Shown: piece after piece, positions 22,462 to 24,914 of the stretch | Layout of the letters: every line of letters begins with the position of its first letter | How positions within the stretch are numbered: position 1 is the stretch's first letter | NCBI GenBank assembly: GCA_964372895.1 | Contig: CAYJRT010000001.1 | Coordinates: forward strand, 1-24,914 | DNA: 24,914 bases | DNA from: an uncultured Candidatus Saccharibacteria bacterium | GTDB taxonomy: Bacteria > Patescibacteriota > Minisyncoccia > Minisyncoccales > UBA10102 | Direction: 5' to 3' | The notes under the pieces: generated by a model | The model's database searches: none | What the model saw: only the letters and a program-made list of their open reading frames with translations | Told to the model about the DNA's origin: nothing | Translations under genes and position numbers: made by a program

Positions 22462-23561
22462 TGGGCGTTAAGATAAAGCTGTTTAGCTGCTTTGTGTTCT
22501 TCAAAGTTCTTAGTAAAAATAGTGGCGCCGTCGGCTGCAGAGAGATAAAACCAATAAGGGCTTGCTTCAGGTTCCAATGCTGCCTGAATGCTTTCTAAGC
22601 CCGGATTCGATATGGGACCCAATGGCAATCCATATACCCGATAGGTATTATAGGATGATTCAATTTGGGTTTCTTCAATAGATACTTTGTAGTAATTTCC
22701 ATCACGAATATATACCACCGAAGCATCGGCTTGGAGGCGCATATCATTATCCATGCGTTTTTTGAGGACTCCGGCTACAAGTTTTTTATCTTCAAGTGTG
22801 CGCACTTCCTTTTCTATGAGCGCAGCAAAGTTAACTACTTCAAATATTGTTTTTTCTTGAGTTTGAATTGCTTCCACAATCTCTGGCGTAACATGAGTTT
22901 GAAAGTTTGCGAGCGCTCGGCGCACAAAACCCTCTGGCGTTTCAGCTTGCGTTATTTGATAGGTATCAGGAAATAGATAACCTTCCAAACTCACGTATGC
23001 AGGTTTGTCTTTCAGAAACGCAAATTCACGGGAAAAATCCTTGGGTGGCGCAAAATCTATTCTTTCACGATAATCCACCCCAGGATATCCGGTAACTTTA
23101 AAAAAATCCTCTGCAGTAAAAAGTCCTCGTTTTTCAAACTCTAAAGCTATATCGCGAAGATCCCACCCTTCTTTTATGGTAATTTCTTCTTTTAAGATAT
23201 CGCCGCTCGCAAGCTTTCGGATAATGATATGGGCGTTCATGGAAGGCGAAAGCAAATACTCGCCGGTTTGAAGAGCAAAAGCGTGGTCCGTGAACAAAAC
23301 GTAGAGAACAAAGCTGGTGCGTGAACGAATAAGGCCCATCTCTTTGAGATTTGAAGCGATGCGGTAACTCCCCTGCCCTTTTGCGACCGAAAAGATAAGA
23401 GGGCTGTGATCTTTATAATCAACCGGAATAAAAATGTTATTCACCAAAAAAACCGCGCCTGCCGCGCACAACGCAGCCGCAAGTTCAAAAACAACCCTCG
23501 CGTTAGACGAATGGAACAAAGACAAACCCAGGATATTCTTCTTGAGTAAACCTATGTTCAT
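22458..23561 (-). CDS. mltG: Endolytic transglycosylase MltG (YceG family)
   Basis: TM anchor, IASNLKEMGLIRS, LQTGEY, ITIKEGW, LEGYLFPDTY, ALIEKE, LQADASV, YNTY...GLPLGPISNPG and YWFYLS. The start is uncertain (23561 or 23603). Confidence 0.93.
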   Translation of the reverse strand: MNIGLLKKNILGLSLFHSSNARVVFELAAALCAAGAVFLVNNIFIPVDYKDHSPLIFSVAKGQGSYRIASNLKEMGLIRSRTSFVLYVLFTDHAFALQTGEYLLSPSMNAHIIIRKLASGDILKEEITIKEGWDLRDIALEFEKRGLFTAEDFFKVTGYPGVDYRERIDFAPPKDFSREFAFLKDKPAYVSLEGYLFPDTYQITQAETPEGFVRRALANFQTHVTPEIVEAIQTQEKTIFEVVNFAALIEKEVRTLEDKKLVAGVLKKRMDNDMRLQADASVVYIRDGNYYKVSIEETQIESSYNTYRVYGLPLGPISNPGLESIQAALEPEASPYWFYLSAADGATIFTKNFEEHKAAKQLYLNAH

Positions 23562-24120
23562 TTTCTTTGGTAAATTTCCAAATGGAATTCTGAATGGGAA
23601 CAACTATGCTGCCCCCGATTTTCAATTGCTGTTTCCATGATTCTGGCAATTCTTTGGTGGCAAGACTCGCAGATACCAAAATGCCATCATATGGCGCTTC
23701 TTTTTTGTATCCTTCAGCCCCGTTCTTGCACAGAAATGTTACGATGTCCTTCTTAATGAAATTATACTTTGCCACGTTCCGTTCGCCAAATTCTTTTAGT
23801 TCAGGGATAACTTCTATAGCTATAACTTTTCCCTCTTCACCTACAATGTGAGCCAGAAGAGCTGTAGTCCAACCCGAGCCCGAACCAATGTCCAATATGT
23901 TTTGTCCAGCTTTCGGCTGGAGTTTTTCCAACATAAAAGCAACCACGTATGGCTGGGAAATGGTTTGACCAGCTGCAATAGGAAGCGCTTCATCCATGCG
24001 CGCCAAATCTCTCATGTCGGGCGATACAAAATCTTCTCTGTTTACAGCAGAGAAAGCATGAATTATAGGCGGGGTTTGCAGAATTTTTTCTTGGATGAGA
24101 TGTTCAATGAGTTGCTTCAT
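23503..24120 (-). CDS. pcm: Protein-L-isoaspartate O-methyltransferase
   Basis: AFSAVNREDFV, DEALPI..GQTISQPYVVA, ILDIGSGSGWTTALLA, APYDGI and FVFVPFV. Confidence 0.95.
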   Translation of the reverse strand: MKQLIEHLIQEKILQTPPIIHAFSAVNREDFVSPDMRDLARMDEALPIAAGQTISQPYVVAFMLEKLQPKAGQNILDIGSGSGWTTALLAHIVGEEGKVIAIEVIPELKEFGERNVAKYNFIKKDIVTFLCKNGAEGYKKEAPYDGILVSASLATKELPESWKQQLKIGGSIVVPIQNSIWKFTKENEHRFTQEEYPGFVFVPFV

Positions 24121-24613
24121 TGAGTTGTTTGCGAAGTTTAAACTTTTTGAGCAGGTTTACGCGATCTACGATAAGTTTTCCATTCAAATGGTCGATTTCG
24201 TGCTGAAAAATTCTTGCGGTTAGCCCTCCTGCTTTCACTTTTACTTCTTTTCCTCGCAAATCTTGGCACACAAGTTCTATTTGTTCAGCTCTTTTTACAT
24301 TCACGAAAATTCCGGGAAGACTTAGGCATCCTTCTTCTTCCACGGCAGATTTTCTTGATTTTTTAGTGATAATGGGGTTGAGAAACGCAAAGACTTTACC
24401 CTTGATTTCCCGCGGATTCTTGGAAGTTTCCACGATAATAATTCTTTGGGATATGCCGATTTGCGGGGCGGCAAGTCCAATGCCCTGATTTTTGTACATG
24501 GTTTCAATCATTCGCAAAATGAGTTGCTTGATTTCAGAAGTAATACCAGAAACCTTACCTGCTTTGCGTTTGAGGATTTTTTCCGGGTACGTAACTATAG
24601 AGAGTGTTCTCAT
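24104..24613 (-). CDS. def: Peptide deformylase
   Basis: GIGLAAPQIG, EEGCLSLP and QHEIDHLNG motifs. Confidence 0.97.
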   Translation of the reverse strand: MRTLSIVTYPEKILKRKAGKVSGITSEIKQLILRMIETMYKNQGIGLAAPQIGISQRIIIVETSKNPREIKGKVFAFLNPIITKKSRKSAVEEEGCLSLPGIFVNVKRAEQIELVCQDLRGKEVKVKAGGLTARIFQHEIDHLNGKLIVDRVNLLKKFKLRKQLNEATH

Positions 24614-24624
24614 GGAAATACAAG

Positions 24625-24695
24625 CAGGGGTGGAGGGAATCGAACCCCCAATGAGGATTTTGGAGATCCTCGTGATACCACTTCACCACACCCCC
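24625..24695 (-). tRNA. tRNA-Trp(CCA)
   Basis: GGGGGTG/CACCCCT acceptor, GTGA/TCAC D-stem, AGGAT-CTCCAAA-ATCCT anticodon arm, GGGGG-TTCGATT-CCCTC T-arm. Confidence 0.93.
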
Positions 24696-24700
24696 AACAA

Positions 24701-24865
24701 CTATTTCTTTGTTTCCTTGTGCAATGTGCGTTTCTTGCAGTTGCTGCAAAACTTTTGCAATTCAAACTTTGTTTCGGCAATTCCTTTTGATTTGCGCATG
24801 TGATAATTAATTTTTTTGCACACTCCGCACTGAAATTTGGTAAATGGTTTTTTCTTTGTAGCCAT
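24701..24865 (-). CDS. rpmG: 50S ribosomal protein bL33 (zinc-binding C+ type)
   Basis: Not in the ORF track. Manual translation: MATKKKPFTKFQCGVCKKINYHMRKSKGIAETKFELQKFCSNCKKRTLHKETKK, with two CxxC motifs, upstream of tRNA-Trp. Confidence 0.92.
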   Translation of the reverse strand: MATKKKPFTKFQCGVCKKINYHMRKSKGIAETKFELQKFCSNCKKRTLHKETKK

Positions 24866-24888
24866 ACAATTGAATTAAATTTATCTTG

Positions 24889-24914
24889 AGCCCGAGGAGA
24901 GAGTCGAACTCTCT
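24889..24914 (-). tRNA. 3' end of a tRNA (T-arm plus acceptor strand), possibly tRNA-Thr; truncated by the window
   Basis: Minus strand GAGAG-TTCGACT-CTCTC-CTCGGGC-T. The anticodon is not visible; identity is guessed from the GC...GC-T acceptor and the position before rpmG. Confidence 0.7.

Noticed and set aside
24625-24695. UGA recoding (genetic code 25)
   Set aside because: TGA terminates ftsL-like, rsmH and mltG at sensible ATGA/stop positions, and Trp is encoded by TGG with a CCA anticodon.

Overview
A 24.9-kb, gene-dense housekeeping segment that looks like a Patescibacteria/CPR (probably Parcubacteria-type) chromosome. The taxonomy is inferred from the compact spacing, near-absence of Shine-Dalgarno motifs, short DnaX and the PaaX/Cas2-like genes. 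It encodes dnaX, cysS-dnaB-recR, rplU, rmuC, a minimal mraZ-rsmH-ftsL-ftsI cluster, a membrane-anchored degenerate Clp ATPase, rplJ-rplL with an L10 leader, mltG, pcm, def, rpmG, four complete tRNAs (Gln-TTG, Glu-CTC, Val-CAC, Trp-CCA) and one partial tRNA. Standout signal: two paralogous ~185-aa PaaX/Cas2-like genes (7941-8501 and 18785-19342), each tightly bracketed by its own pair of 36- or 38-bp palindromic direct repeats. All four repeats share the architecture TGT-arm-CGATCG-arm-ACA, but arm sequences differ between loci. This looks like a repeated gene-plus-cognate-sites module of 630 and 606 bp with no cas operon, array or integrase in the window. A second theme is short REP-like palindromes and heptamer tracts lying in frame in core genes (dnaX, cysS, dnaB, rsmH and a PP2C-like gene). 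Other observations: tRNA-Val sits inside a 16-bp inverted repeat, DnaA-box matches are interleaved with MraZ boxes, and CysRS has a Cys-to-Asp change at a zinc ligand. All calls were made by eye from motifs; no database searches were run.
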